From positions 10,397 to 74,396 of the forward strand of contig JADBKN010000009.1 in assembly GCA_014896375.1 (NCBI GenBank): a stretch of DNA of 64,000 bases, written 5' to 3'. Under the pieces are notes generated by a model. That model worked only from the letters and a program-made list of their open reading frames with translations. It was not told the origin of the DNA and made no database searches. A program made the translations under genes and the position numbers. Positions 25,015 to 35,353 of the stretch are shown here, piece by piece. Within the stretch, counting starts at the first letter, position 1. Each line of letters opens with the position of its first letter. The stretch comes from Bacillota bacterium (GTDB lineage: Bacteria > Bacillota > Sulfobacillia > RBS10-35 > Bu92).

Positions 25015-25935
25015 GTGGCCGTCGAGCTTCGCCCTGAGCTCTTTGAGCCGGAGGCGCTCGACGCCTCCGCCATGGAGGCGATCGAGCGGCCGCCGGTGAC
25101 CTTCTGGAGCGATGTCTGGCGCCGCTTCCGCAAGAACCGGCTCGCGATGTTCGGGCTCGTGCTCCTCGCCCTGATGCTCCTGATGGCGGCTGTGGGGCCG
25201 CTTTTGACGCCGTACGACGCCTCGGCCAACAACTGGGCGATCGGCAACAAGGGCCCGAGCCACGAGCACTGGTTCGGCACCGACCAGCTCGGCCGCGACA
25301 TCTTCACGCGGGCGTGGATCGGCACCCGCATCTCGCTCTTCATCGGCATCACGGCCGCGCTCCTCGACGTGACGATCGGCACGCTCTACGGCGTGATCTC
25401 CGGCTTTTCCGGCGGCGTCGTGGACGATGTCATGATGCGCTTCATCGACATCATGTATGGCGTGCCGTACCTGCTCCTTGTGATCCTCCTGCTCGTCGTC
25501 GTGGGGGCGGGGCTTTGGACGATCATCCTGGCGATGGGCATCTCCGGGTGGATCGGCGCGGCGCGCCTCATCCGCGGCCAGGTGCTGCAGCTGAAGGAGC
25601 AGGAGTTCGTGCTCGCGGCGCGCACCCTCGGCGCCAACAGCTGGCGCATCATGCTGCGCCACCTCGTGCCGAACGTGCTGGGGTTCCTCCTCGTGAACAT
25701 GACGCTCACGATCCCCGGCGCCATTTTCGGCGAGGCCTTCCTCTCCTTCATCGGCCTCGGCATCCAGCCGCCGCTCGCCTCGCTCGGCACGATGATCAGC
25801 GAGGGGTACCAGGTGTACCGGCTCTACCCGTATCAATGGTTCATCCCGGGGATGATCCTCGCGATCATCCTCTTCGCCTTCAACGTCGTGGGGGACGGCC
25901 TCCGCGACGCGCTCGACCCGAAACTGCGGCAGTAG
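25015..25935 (+). CDS. oppC: Oligopeptide ABC permease
   Basis: HWFGTDQLGRD, EFVLAARTLGA, GDGLRDALDPK. Confidence 0.95.
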   Translation: MAVELRPELFEPEALDASAMEAIERPPVTFWSDVWRRFRKNRLAMFGLVLLALMLLMAAVGPLLTPYDASANNWAIGNKGPSHEHWFGTDQLGRDIFTRAWIGTRISLFIGITAALLDVTIGTLYGVISGFSGGVVDDVMMRFIDIMYGVPYLLLVILLLVVVGAGLWTIILAMGISGWIGAARLIRGQVLQLKEQEFVLAARTLGANSWRIMLRHLVPNVLGFLLVNMTLTIPGAIFGEAFLSFIGLGIQPPLASLGTMISEGYQVYRLYPYQWFIPGMILAIILFAFNVVGDGLRDALDPKLRQ

Positions 25936-25951
25936 AAAGGAGGCGTCCCCG

Positions 25952-26989
25952 TTGGCGCAACCCCTCTTGTCGGTGCGGGATCTGCACGTGTCCTTCGCGA
26001 CGTACGGCGGCGAAGTGCAAGCCGTCCGGGGCGTCTCGTTCGACGTCGCGCCCGGCGAGACGCTGGCGATCGTCGGCGAGTCCGGGTCGGGCAAGTCGGT
26101 GACGATGCAGGCCGTGACGCGCCTTTTGCCCATGCCGCCGGCCATCGTGCGGCGGGGCCAGGTGATCTTCGACGGGCGCGACCTTCTCAAGCTCCCGGAA
26201 CCGGAGATGCAGAAGGTGCGCGGCGGCGACATCGGCCTCATCTTCCAGGACCCGATGACGTCCTTAAACCCGACAATGACGATCGGCCGGCAGATCGCGG
26301 AGAACATCCTCAAGCACAACCGCGTGAGCCGGCGCGAGGCGTTCGACCGCGCGGTCGAGATGCTGCGCCTTGTCGGCATCCCCAACCCGCGGGAGCGGGC
26401 GCTGCAGTACCCGCACCAGTTCTCGGGCGGCATGCGGCAGCGCGCGATGATCGCCATCGCGCTCGCCAGCCGGCCGCGCCTGCTCATCGCCGACGAGCCG
26501 ACGACCGCGCTCGACGTGACGATCCAGGCGCAGATCCTGGAGCTCATGAAGAAGCTCCAGGAGGAGCTCGGCATGGCGATCATCATGATCACGCACAACC
26601 TCGGCGTCGTCGCCAAGCTGGCCGACCGCATCGTCGTCATGTACGGCGGCAAGGTGGTGGAGTCCGGCAGCGCGCGCGACGTCTTCTACCGGCCGCAGCA
26701 TCCGTACACGGCCGCGCTCCTGCGCTCGGTGCCGCGCCTGGACGCCGACACCTCGACGGACCTGGCGAGCATCCCCGGCACGCCGCCGGACCTCTTCAAC
26801 CCGCCGCCGGGGTGCCCGTTCGCGCCGCGCTGCCAGTGGACGATGAAGATCTGCTCGCGCGCCGAGCCGGAGTTCTTCGTGGCCGAGCCGGGCCACCTCT
26901 CGGCCTGCTGGCTGCACCACCCGATGGCCGAGGCGCAGGCGCAACGCCGCGCCGCTGCAGAAGGAGGCGTCACCCATGGCCGTCGCTGA
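25952..26989 (+). CDS. oppD: Oligopeptide ABC ATPase
   Basis: [25 protein letters not shown]-terminal Cys cluster GCPFAPRC. Confidence 0.95.
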   Translation: MAQPLLSVRDLHVSFATYGGEVQAVRGVSFDVAPGETLAIVGESGSGKSVTMQAVTRLLPMPPAIVRRGQVIFDGRDLLKLPEPEMQKVRGGDIGLIFQDPMTSLNPTMTIGRQIAENILKHNRVSRREAFDRAVEMLRLVGIPNPRERALQYPHQFSGGMRQRAMIAIALASRPRLLIADEPTTALDVTIQAQILELMKKLQEELGMAIIMITHNLGVVAKLADRIVVMYGGKVVESGSARDVFYRPQHPYTAALLRSVPRLDADTSTDLASIPGTPPDLFNPPPGCPFAPRCQWTMKICSRAEPEFFVAEPGHLSACWLHHPMAEAQAQRRAAAEGGVTHGRR

Positions 26990-27971
26990 ACGCGCCGTCG
27001 CCCAGGCGGGCGCGGCCACGCAACCGCTCCTTGAAGTGAAGGACCTGCGCAAGTACTTCCCCGCCGGACGCGGCGCCTGGGTCAAGGCGATCGACGGCGT
27101 CTCGTTCGAGATCCGGCGCGGCGAGGTCTTCGGCCTCGTGGGCGAGTCCGGCTGCGGCAAGACCACCGTGGGCCGGACGATCGTGCGCCTGTACCGGCCG
27201 ACGAGCGGCTCCGTGATCTACGACGGCATCGACGTGCACCGCGCCCCGGCGGCCCAGCGGCGCGCGCTCCACCGCCGCATGCAGATGATCTTCCAGGACC
27301 CGTACGCCTCGCTGAACCCGCGCATGACGGTCGGCGACATCATCGGCGAGGCGCTGGACATCCACGGGCTCGCGCCCTCCCGCAAGGCGCGCGCGGAGCG
27401 CGTGCAGGAGCTCCTGCAGACGGTGGGGCTCAACAAGGATCACGTGAACCGCTTCCCGCACGAGTTCTCGGGCGGCCAGCGGCAGCGCATCGGCATCGCG
27501 CGCGCCCTCGCCGTCGACCCGGAATTCATCGTCGCGGACGAGCCGATCTCCGCGCTCGACGTCTCCGTGCAGGCGCAGGTCGTCAACCTCATGCGCAAGC
27601 TTCAGGAGGAGCGGGGCCTGACCTACCTCTTCATCGCCCACGACCTCGCCATGGTGAAGTACCTGAGCGACCGCATCGGCGTGATGTACCTCGGCCGCAT
27701 GATGGAGATGGCCACGAGCGAGGAGCTGCACCGCCACCCGCTGCACCCGTACACGCAGGCGCTGCTCTCCGCCATCCCCATCCCGGACCCGGACGTCGAG
27801 CACTCCCGGGAGCGCATCGTCCTCCAGGGAGACGTGCCGAGCCCGGTCAACCCGCCGAGCGGCTGCCCCTTCCGCACACGCTGCCCCATCGCGCAGCAGC
27901 GCTGCGCGGAGGAGACGCCGGCATTCCGGGAGGCGGCGCCGGGCCACTTCGTCGCCTGCCACTTCGCCTAG
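26976..27971 (+). CDS. oppF: Oligopeptide ABC ATPase
   Basis: [36 protein letters not shown]. Confidence 0.95.
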   Translation: MAVAERAVAQAGAATQPLLEVKDLRKYFPAGRGAWVKAIDGVSFEIRRGEVFGLVGESGCGKTTVGRTIVRLYRPTSGSVIYDGIDVHRAPAAQRRALHRRMQMIFQDPYASLNPRMTVGDIIGEALDIHGLAPSRKARAERVQELLQTVGLNKDHVNRFPHEFSGGQRQRIGIARALAVDPEFIVADEPISALDVSVQAQVVNLMRKLQEERGLTYLFIAHDLAMVKYLSDRIGVMYLGRMMEMATSEELHRHPLHPYTQALLSAIPIPDPDVEHSRERIVLQGDVPSPVNPPSGCPFRTRCPIAQQRCAEETPAFREAAPGHFVACHFA

Positions 27972-27993
27972 CCCAAGGTCCACGGACATCGCC

Positions 27994-28030
27994 GCGGGGG
28001 GAGGGGAGGGAGCGCCGCCCCTCCCCCCGC
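27994..28030 (+). terminator. Hairpin after oppF
   Basis: Stem GCGGGGGGAGGGG/CCCCTCCCCCCGC; no U tract. Confidence 0.5.
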
Positions 28031-28144
28031 CGCCATGCGGGGGCCCGGCGGCTGGGCGCCTGTCCTTCGTGTCCCGAACCGATGTTCAGCCGCGCGGCCC
28101 CGTGGTAGAATGCCGGAGTACCCGACGGGAGGTCGTGCCGCGTC

Positions 28145-29920
28145 ATGTGGGTCTTCGCCCGGCTTCGGCGCTTTTACTGGCCGTACCGCTGGACGCTGCT
28201 GCTGGCCGTGGCCTCGATGGGTCTCCTCACCGCCATCGGCATCATCCGCCCCTACCTCACGAAGTGGCTGATCGACGACGTCATCCGCGGCGGGCGCATG
28301 GACCTTCTCTGGCCCATCGGGCTCGCCGTGGTGGCCGTGGCGCTGGTGCGCGGGATCTTCAACTACGGGCGCCAGTACCTGGGGGAGTGGGCGGGGCAGA
28401 AGACGGTGTACGTCCTGCGCGCCGCGCTCTATGAGAAGCTGCAGCAGCTCTCCTTCACCTTCTACGACCACGCCAAGACCGGCGACCTCATGTCCCGCCT
28501 CACCATGGACCTCGACGCCTTCCGCATGCTCTTCGCGCAGGGCTTCGTCTTCATCATGGACTTCTTCTTCATGGTGGGCTTCGGCATGATCGCCATGTGG
28601 CTGATGTCGCCGCGGCTGACGCTCGTCACCTTCGCGCTCATGCCCTTCCTCGCCGTCGCCGTCCTGCGCTTCGACCGGCGCATCCGCCCGGCCTACGCCG
28701 CCATCCGTGAGTCACTCTCGCGCCTGACGACCGTCGTCCAGGAGAACATCACCGGCATCCGCACGGTGAAGTCGTTCGCGCGGGAGGAGCACGAGGTCGA
28801 CCGCTTCCACGAGCAGAACCGCGACTTCGCCCTGAAGAACGTCGTGGCGACGGACCTCATCGCCACCTACATCCCCATCATGGAGGCGATCGGCAACCTC
28901 TCCGCCACCCTGCTCCTCTGGTACGGGGGGCGCCTCGTGATCCGGCACGAGCTCACGCTGGGCGAGCTCGTCGCTTTCTTCAGCCTCATCGGCTACCTCA
29001 TCTGGCCGCTGCGTGAGCTGGGCTTCCTCGTGAACCTCGTGGAGCAGGCACAGGCGGCCGGCGTGCGGCTCCTGGAGATCCTTGAGGCGCCGCCGCACGT
29101 GGCCTCGCCGCCGCGGCCGGTCGTCGTGCGGCGGCCGCGCGGCGCCGTGCGCTTCGAGGGCGTCGCCTTCCGCTATTCCGACGGTCCCGTGGTGCTCGAG
29201 GACATCGAGCTCGACGCGCCGGCCGGCAAGACGGTCGCGCTCCTCGGCGCCACAGGCTCCGGCAAGACCACGCTGGTCTCCCTCATCCCGCGCTTCTACG
29301 ACGTGACGCGCGGGCGCGTGTGCGTGGACGGGGTGGACGTGCGCCGCTGGGACCTGCATGCCCTGCGCTCCCAGGTGGGCTTCGTGCTCTCCGACACCTT
29401 CCTCTTCTCCGCCTCCATCCGCGAGAACATCGCCTACGGCCGGCCGGGCGCCAGCCAGGCGGAGATCGAGCGCGCGGCGCGCCTGGCGCAGGCCCACGAG
29501 TTCATCCGCGAGCTGCCGCACGGCTACGACACGGTGGTGGGGGAGCGGGGCCTCGGACTTTCCGGCGGCCAGAAGCAGCGCATCGCCATCGCGCGCGCGA
29601 TCCTCGCCGACCCGCGCATCCTCGTGCTCGACGACGCCACCTCCAGCGTGGACATGGAGACGGAGTACCTCATCCAGCAGGCGTTGGAGGAACTCATGGA
29701 GGGACGCACCACGTTCATCATCGCGCACCGCCTGTCCAGCCTGCGCCGCGCCGACGAGATCCTCGTGCTCGACCGCGGCCGCATCGTGGAGCGGGGCCGG
29801 CACGAGGAACTCCTCCTGCGGGGCGGCATCTACCGCCAGGTGTACGACGTCCAGTTCCGCGACTACGAGGAGGAGAAGGCGCGCAGGGCGAGGGTCGGGG
29901 AAGGGGGCGAGGGCGCGTGA
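28145..29920 (+). CDS. Heterodimeric ABC exporter subunit 1 (TMD+NBD, YknU-like)
   Basis: 6-TM domain, GATGSGKT, LSGGQKQR, degenerate Walker B LDDATS; extended -10 TGGTAGAAT at 28103. Confidence 0.92.
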   Translation: MWVFARLRRFYWPYRWTLLLAVASMGLLTAIGIIRPYLTKWLIDDVIRGGRMDLLWPIGLAVVAVALVRGIFNYGRQYLGEWAGQKTVYVLRAALYEKLQQLSFTFYDHAKTGDLMSRLTMDLDAFRMLFAQGFVFIMDFFFMVGFGMIAMWLMSPRLTLVTFALMPFLAVAVLRFDRRIRPAYAAIRESLSRLTTVVQENITGIRTVKSFAREEHEVDRFHEQNRDFALKNVVATDLIATYIPIMEAIGNLSATLLLWYGGRLVIRHELTLGELVAFFSLIGYLIWPLRELGFLVNLVEQAQAAGVRLLEILEAPPHVASPPRPVVVRRPRGAVRFEGVAFRYSDGPVVLEDIELDAPAGKTVALLGATGSGKTTLVSLIPRFYDVTRGRVCVDGVDVRRWDLHALRSQVGFVLSDTFLFSASIRENIAYGRPGASQAEIERAARLAQAHEFIRELPHGYDTVVGERGLGLSGGQKQRIAIARAILADPRILVLDDATSSVDMETEYLIQQALEELMEGRTTFIIAHRLSSLRRADEILVLDRGRIVERGRHEELLLRGGIYRQVYDVQFRDYEEEKARRARVGEGGEGA

Positions 29921-31764
29921 GTGCCGCGCTGAAGGGGTGGTCGCGCTTTCTCGGGCAGATTCCGCTGCCGGAACGGAAGAGCGAGCGCTTCTCCTACCGC
30001 GACGAGGAGGCCGTCGAGAAGCCGTTCGACGCGCGCCAGTTGTGGCGGCTGCTCTCCTACGTGGCGCCCTACCGGGCACGGGTCGCGTGGGCGCTGGCCT
30101 TCACCCTAGTGGCCTCGGCCACGCGCCTCGCGCTGCCGTTCATCCTGGGATTGGCCATCGACCGCGCCCTCGCGCCCGGGGACATGGGCGCGCTCGACCG
30201 CTACGCCGCGGGCTATCTGGCCCTGCAGCTCGTCTACTGGGCGGCCTCTTACGTGCGCATCCGCCTGACGAACCGCATGGGCCAGGACGTGCTGCGCGAC
30301 CTGCGGGAGCAGCTCTTCCGGCACATCCAGGCGCTGTCCTTCGAGTTCTTCGACGGCCGCCCGGCCGGCAAGGTGCTCGTGCGCGTCATCAATGACGTCA
30401 ACGCCTTAAACGACCTGATGTCGAACGGAGTCGTCAACACCCTGGGCGATGCGTTCACGCTTTTGGGCATCCTCGCCATGCTCTTCTACCTGGAGCCGCG
30501 CCTGGCGCTCGTCTCGGTGGTCGTCGTGCCTGTGATGTTCCTCATCTCCACGCGGCTGCGCGTGCGCATCCGCCGCGCCTGGCAGGCCGTGCGCATCCGC
30601 CTCGCCACCATCAACGCCCACCTCAACGAGGCGCTGCAGGGCATGCGCGTCACGCAGGCGTTCACCCAAGAGCGGGAGAACCACGTGTTCTTCAGCAACC
30701 TCAACTTCGCCAACTACCGCGCTTACATGCGCGCCGTGCACCAGAACTCGCAGTTCGGGCCGCTCGTGGAGCTCACGGGCGCCGTGGGCACGGCCGCCGT
30801 CTTCATCTACGGCGTGCTCCTCTGGCGGCAGGGCGCGATCTCCCTGGGAAACCTCGTGGCCTTCGTCAACTACACGGGGAACTTCTGGGAGCCGATCTCC
30901 CGCATCGGGCAGGTCTACAGCACCCTGCTCGTGGCCATGGCGTCCTCGGAGCGGATCTTCGAGATCCTCGACACGCCGGCGAGAATCACCAACCGGCCGG
31001 GGGCGCTGCCGGCGCCGCGCCTCGAGGGACGCGTGACGTTCGAACACGTGCACTTCGCCTATGAGAAGGAGCGCGGCGAGGCGCTGCGCGACGTCAGCTT
31101 CGACGTGCCGCCGGGGACCACGGTGGCGCTCGTCGGGCACACGGGCGCGGGCAAGACGTCGATCGTCAACCTCATCGCGCGCTTTTACGACGTGACCTCC
31201 GGCCGGGTGCTGCTCGACGGCCGGGACGTGCGCGACTACGACCTCGCCACCCTGCGGCGCCAGATCGCCTTCGTGCTGCAGGACACCTTCGTCTTCGCCG
31301 GCACGATCCGCGACAACATCCGCTACGGGCGCCTTGACGCCACGGACGAGGAGGTGGAGGCGGCGGCGCGCGCCGTGCACGCGCACGACTTCATCATGCA
31401 GCTGCCCCAGGGATACGACACCGAGGTGCGGGAGCGCGGCAGCCGGCTCTCCGCCGGCCAGCGCCAGCTGCTCTCCTTCGCGCGCGCGGTGCTCGCGGAC
31501 CCGCGCATCCTCATCCTCGACGAGGCCACCTCCGCCATCGACACGCAGACGGAGCTCCTCATCCAGGACGCGCTGGCGCGCCTCCTGAAGGGGCGCACGT
31601 CCTTCGTCGTGGCGCACCGGCTGTCGACCATCCGCCGCGCCGACCTCATCCTCGTGCTCGACCACGGCCGCATCGTGGAGCGCGGCGACCACGCCACGCT
31701 CGTGGCCAAGCGCGGAGTGTACCACCGGCTTCTGGAGTCCCAGTACCGCTTCCTGGTACACTAA
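29917..31764 (+). CDS. Heterodimeric ABC exporter subunit 2 (TMD+NBD, YknV-like)
   Basis: GHTGAGKT, LSAGQRQL, LDEATS; GTGA overlap with partner gene. Confidence 0.92.
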   Translation: MSAALKGWSRFLGQIPLPERKSERFSYRDEEAVEKPFDARQLWRLLSYVAPYRARVAWALAFTLVASATRLALPFILGLAIDRALAPGDMGALDRYAAGYLALQLVYWAASYVRIRLTNRMGQDVLRDLREQLFRHIQALSFEFFDGRPAGKVLVRVINDVNALNDLMSNGVVNTLGDAFTLLGILAMLFYLEPRLALVSVVVVPVMFLISTRLRVRIRRAWQAVRIRLATINAHLNEALQGMRVTQAFTQERENHVFFSNLNFANYRAYMRAVHQNSQFGPLVELTGAVGTAAVFIYGVLLWRQGAISLGNLVAFVNYTGNFWEPISRIGQVYSTLLVAMASSERIFEILDTPARITNRPGALPAPRLEGRVTFEHVHFAYEKERGEALRDVSFDVPPGTTVALVGHTGAGKTSIVNLIARFYDVTSGRVLLDGRDVRDYDLATLRRQIAFVLQDTFVFAGTIRDNIRYGRLDATDEEVEAAARAVHAHDFIMQLPQGYDTEVRERGSRLSAGQRQLLSFARAVLADPRILILDEATSAIDTQTELLIQDALARLLKGRTSFVVAHRLSTIRRADLILVLDHGRIVERGDHATLVAKRGVYHRLLESQYRFLVH

Positions 31765-31769
31765 ACTCC

Positions 31770-32327
31770 ATGAACATGAACCCTCACGAAGACGTGGCCG
31801 AGGTCCTCGTCACGGCGGAGGAGATCGCCCGGCGCACGGAGGAGCTGGCGCGCACGCTGGAACGGGACTACGCCGGCCGCCCGCTGAAGATGGTCTGCAT
31901 CCTCAAGGGCGCCGTGCCCTTCGCCGCGGACCTCATGCGCGCCATGAACCACCCGGTGGCGCTGGACTTCATGGCCGTCTCCAGTTACGGCGCCTCCACG
32001 AAGTCCTCCGGCGTCGTCCGCCTCCTCAATGACCTGGACGAGAGCATCGAGGGCCAGGACGTGCTCATCGTGGAGGACATCGTGGACACCGGCCTGACCC
32101 TCAAGTACCTGCGGGAGAACCTCAGCGCCCGCGGCCCGCGCAGCCTGCGCGTGGCGGTGCTCCTCGACAAGCGCGAGCGCCGGCTTGTGGACGTCGAGGT
32201 GGAATACGTCGGCTTCCGCATCCCGGACCGCTTCGTGGTGGGCTACGGGCTCGACTACGCCGGCTTCTACCGCAACCTGCCCTACGTGGGCGTGCTGAAG
32301 CCGTCGGTGTATGAGGAGGCGCCATGA
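31770..32327 (+). CDS. hpt: Hypoxanthine phosphoribosyltransferase, copy 1
   Basis: [34 protein letters not shown]. Confidence 0.95.
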   Translation: MNMNPHEDVAEVLVTAEEIARRTEELARTLERDYAGRPLKMVCILKGAVPFAADLMRAMNHPVALDFMAVSSYGASTKSSGVVRLLNDLDESIEGQDVLIVEDIVDTGLTLKYLRENLSARGPRSLRVAVLLDKRERRLVDVEVEYVGFRIPDRFVVGYGLDYAGFYRNLPYVGVLKPSVYEEAP

Positions 32328-32878
32328 ACCGGCCGCCGCGCCCGCATGCGGATGTCGACGCCATCCTCTTCGACGAGGCGGCCATCGCCCGCCGCGTGGA
32401 GGAGATCGCCGCAGCCGTCAACGCCGCCCAGGACGGGCGGGAGCTCACCGTGGTGGGGGTGCTCACCGGCGCCTGCGCCTTCACCGCCGACCTCATCCGG
32501 CGCCTCGACATGCCCATGCTGCTCGACTTCATCGCCGTCTCCAGCTACGGCCAGTCGACGACGACAAGCGGCGTCGTGCGGCTCAATAAGGACCTCGACA
32601 TCCCGCTTGAGGGCCGCGATGTGCTCGTGGTGGAGGACATCGTCGACACGGGGCTCACGCTTCAGTACCTGCGCGAGAACCTCCTCGCCCGGCGGCCGCG
32701 CTCCCTGCGCATCGCGGTCCTCCTCGACAAGCGCAGCCGCCGCCAGGTGGAGGTGCCTGTGGACTACATCGGCTTCGAGATCCCGGACGTGTTCGTCGTC
32801 GGCTACGGCATCGATTACGCCGGCCGCTACCGCAACCTGCCCTACGTGGCCACGCTGAAGCCGGAGGTGTACTCATGA
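32324..32878 (+). CDS. hpt: Hypoxanthine phosphoribosyltransferase, copy 2
   Basis: VLTG (K to T change), [30 protein letters not shown]. Confidence 0.92.
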   Translation: MNRPPRPHADVDAILFDEAAIARRVEEIAAAVNAAQDGRELTVVGVLTGACAFTADLIRRLDMPMLLDFIAVSSYGQSTTTSGVVRLNKDLDIPLEGRDVLVVEDIVDTGLTLQYLRENLLARRPRSLRIAVLLDKRSRRQVEVPVDYIGFEIPDVFVVGYGIDYAGRYRNLPYVATLKPEVYS

Positions 32879-34416
32879 GCGGCGCCGCCCGACGCCGCAA
32901 GGTGGTCGTGCTCGATTTCGGCGCGCAGTACGCGCAGCTGATCTGCCGCCGCGTGCGCGAGGCGGGCGTCTACGCGGAGCTCTGGCCGCACGACGCGCCC
33001 GGCGCGCGCTGGGAGGGTTCGGACGTGGCCGCCATCATCCTCTCCGGCGGCCCGGAGAGCGTGTACGCGGAGGGCGCGCCGCGTGTCGACACGGCGGCCT
33101 TCGTGGGACGCCCGGTGCTCGGCATCTGCTACGGCATGCAGCTTTTGGCGCACCTGCTCGGCGGGCGCGTGGTCCCCGGGGCGGTGGGCGAGTACGGCCG
33201 CGCGCGCCTCACGGTGGAGGAGCCGCTCGACCTTTTCCACGGGCTGCCGCCCTCCATGGACGTGTGGATGAGCCACGGCGACCACGTCGTGGAGCCGCCG
33301 CCCGGTTTCCGCGTGCTGGCGCGCTCGGAGGCGGGCGTCATCGCCGCCGTCGGGGACCCGGAGCGGCGCTGGTACGGCGTGCAGTTCCACCCCGAGGTGA
33401 CGCACACGCCCGGCGGCACCGCCCTCATCCGCAACTTCCTCTTCCGCGTCGCGGGCCTGCGCGCCGAGTGGACGCCCGCCTCGTTCATCGACGAGGCCGT
33501 GGAGCGCATCCGGCAGCAGGTGGGCGAGGGACGCGCCATCGCCGCGCTCTCCGGGGGCGTCGACTCCATGGTGGCGGCGGCGCTCGTGCACCGCGCGATC
33601 GGCGAGCGGCTCACCGCCGTGTTCGTCGACCACGGCCTCCTGCGCGAGGGCGAGGCGGAGGAGGTGCGCCGCCTCGTCGGCGGCACGCTCGGCATGCCCC
33701 TCAAGGTGGTCGACGCGCGGCAGCGCTTTCTCGACGAGCTGCGCGGCGTCGTCGACCCGGAAGAGAAGCGCCGGCGCATCGGCCGCACGTTCATCGAGCT
33801 CTTCGAGGCGGCCACGACGGAGCTCGGCGGCGCGGAGTTCCTTGTGCAGGGCACGCTCTACCCGGACGTGGTGGAGAGCGGCCGCGGCGCCGCCGACGTG
33901 ATCAAGACGCACCACAACGTGGGCGGGCTGCCGGAGCGCATGCGGCTGCGCCTCGTGGAGCCGCTGCGGGAGCTCTTCAAGGACGAGGTGCGGGCCGTGG
34001 GCCGCCAGCTGGGCCTGCCGGAAGCCGCCGTGATGCGCCAGCCCTTCCCCGGACCGGGCCTGGCCGTGCGCATCGTGGGGGAGGTCACGGCGGAGCGCTT
34101 GCGCGTGCTGCGCGCCGCCGACGCCATCGTGCGCGCGGAGGTCGAGCGGGCGGGCCTCGCCCGGGGTCTCTGGCAGTACTTCGCCGTGCTCACGGGCGCG
34201 CACACGGTGGGCGTGAAGGGCGACCGGCGCGCATACGGCGAGACGGTCGCCGTGCGCGCCGTGACGAGCGAGGACGCCATGACGGCCGACTGGGCCGAGC
34301 TGCCGCACGAGGTGCTGAAGCGCATCGCCGACCGCATCACGGCGGAGGTGCCCGGCTGCACGCGGGTCGTGTACGACATCACCTCGAAGCCCCCGGGCAC
34401 CATCGAGTGGGAGTGA
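32875..34416 (+). CDS. guaA: GMP synthase (glutamine-hydrolysing)
   Basis: [44 protein letters not shown]. Confidence 0.98.
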   Translation: MSGAARRRKVVVLDFGAQYAQLICRRVREAGVYAELWPHDAPGARWEGSDVAAIILSGGPESVYAEGAPRVDTAAFVGRPVLGICYGMQLLAHLLGGRVVPGAVGEYGRARLTVEEPLDLFHGLPPSMDVWMSHGDHVVEPPPGFRVLARSEAGVIAAVGDPERRWYGVQFHPEVTHTPGGTALIRNFLFRVAGLRAEWTPASFIDEAVERIRQQVGEGRAIAALSGGVDSMVAAALVHRAIGERLTAVFVDHGLLREGEAEEVRRLVGGTLGMPLKVVDARQRFLDELRGVVDPEEKRRRIGRTFIELFEAATTELGGAEFLVQGTLYPDVVESGRGAADVIKTHHNVGGLPERMRLRLVEPLRELFKDEVRAVGRQLGLPEAAVMRQPFPGPGLAVRIVGEVTAERLRVLRAADAIVRAEVERAGLARGLWQYFAVLTGAHTVGVKGDRRAYGETVAVRAVTSEDAMTADWAELPHEVLKRIADRITAEVPGCTRVVYDITSKPPGTIEWE

Positions 34417-34436
34417 AGGCGCCGCGGCGCGCGGGC

Positions 34437-34465
34437 GCATAGGCGCGCTCCGGCTGTGGAACACT
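34437..34465 (+). promoter_or_regulatory. Putative forespore (sigmaF/G-type) promoter of the gerD-like gene
   Basis: GCATA-N15-TGGAACACT, close to the sigmaF-type GYWTA-N15-GGnnAnAnT pattern. Confidence 0.5.
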
Positions 34466-34486
34466 CGGCCTGACGGAGGTCGGGCC

Positions 34487-35002
34487 ATGCGTCGGCGGGG
34501 CGTCCGCGTCGCGCTCCTCGCGGTGGTGATGGCGGCGGCGGCCGCCGCCCCCGCCTGCACCCAGGCGGGCGGCGGGCAGCCGCGCCAGTCGCCGGCGCCC
34601 GACCGCATGGAGATCCGCTCCATCGTCAAGGACGAGCTGCAATCCGCCGAGGTCCGCGCCGAGATCCAGAACGCCGTGCGCCAGGAGGCGGTGGCGCCGG
34701 AGATCCAGCGCACCCTCAGCTCCCCGGAGAGCCAGAAGCTGATCCTGGACCAGATGACGAAGATCATGGCCTCTCCCGAGTTCCAGAAAGCCCTTGAGAA
34801 GGAGATGTCGACGCTCATTCAATCGACGCGCATGCAGGCGGCGATCCTGCAAAGCGTGCGGACGGCGCTCATGCAGCTGGCCTCGGGCGGGGGCGGGGCG
34901 GCCGGAGGGGGCGCCGGCGGCGGTAGCGGCGGGTCGGGCGGCGGAGGCGGCGGGTCGGGCGGCGGGGGCGGCGCGTCTTCCGGCAGTGGAGGTGGCGGCT
35001 AG
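34487..35002 (+). CDS. GerD-like spore germination lipoprotein with Gly/Ser-rich tail
   Basis: Lipobox-like APAC, repeated short helices (LQSAE, LSSPE, MASPEFQ), poly-Gly tail; forespore-type promoter upstream. Confidence 0.65.
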   Translation: MRRRGVRVALLAVVMAAAAAAPACTQAGGGQPRQSPAPDRMEIRSIVKDELQSAEVRAEIQNAVRQEAVAPEIQRTLSSPESQKLILDQMTKIMASPEFQKALEKEMSTLIQSTRMQAAILQSVRTALMQLASGGGGAAGGGAGGGSGGSGGGGGGSGGGGGASSGSGGGG

Positions 35003-35009
35003 TCTAAGC

Positions 35010-35049
35010 GACCTTCGTCCGGTGGAATTGGGACGAAGGTCCTATTTTT
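35010..35049 (+). terminator. Intrinsic terminator after the gerD-like gene
   Basis: 11-bp stem GACCTTCGTCC/GGACGAAGGTC followed by CTATTTTT. Confidence 0.75.
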
Positions 35050-35060
35050 CGCTTGAGTCT

Positions 35061-35132
35061 TGTCGCGGGTTGTCGAATGAGCTTCGAGTTTCCTCCTACG
35101 TTCAGGCAGTATTTTAGCAGATGATGTCGAAT
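35061..35132 (+). promoter_or_regulatory. Spo0A boxes and sigmaH-like promoter upstream of the small peptide gene
   Basis: TGTCGAA at 35071-35077 and 35125-35131, near-match TGTCGCG at 35061; GCAGTATTTT with AGTA-N17-GAAT. Confidence 0.6.
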
Positions 35133-35245
35133 ACCCTCGAACGGAGGCGCGGGTGCCGCGAGGCCGGCCGGGGCTGCGGGCAGGCAGCGCGTTGAGCCAT
35201 GAAGGAAGCCGTGCAGGCTCCCCGAATAGGAGGGAGGTGATCCAG

Positions 35246-35338
35246 ATGACAAAGACGCTTAGGATCGCATGGATCCTCACCGCCCTTGTCGCTCTGGCTA
35301 TCGGTGCCAGCGCCTACGGCCCGAACTGGCCCTGGTAA
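35246..35338 (+). CDS. 30-aa putative secreted signalling pre-peptide MTKTLRIAWILTALVALAIGASAYGPNWPW
   Basis: Very strong SD AGGGAGGTGA 5 nt upstream; basic N-region, hydrophobic core, ASA signal peptidase site; 15 nt from the kinase start. Confidence 0.8.
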   Translation: MTKTLRIAWILTALVALAIGASAYGPNWPW

Positions 35339-35353
35339 GCGAGGATCCGACGG

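Noticed and set aside
29600..29660. Walker B LDDATS as a sign of an inactive ABC pseudogene
   Set aside because: A degenerate site is normal in heterodimeric ABC exporters; the partner carries the consensus LDEATS
34885..35000. GGC-rich repeat tract
   Set aside because: Encodes the Gly/Ser tail of the GerD-like lipoprotein; not a CRISPR array or independent repeat
35140..35222. Possible second riboswitch in the leader of the 30-aa peptide (GCC-GCGA-GGC tetraloop and flanking stems)
   Set aside because: Lacks the conserved cores of c-di-GMP-I/II, c-di-AMP or SAM aptamers; pairing is explainable by GC content; an Rfam scan would settle it
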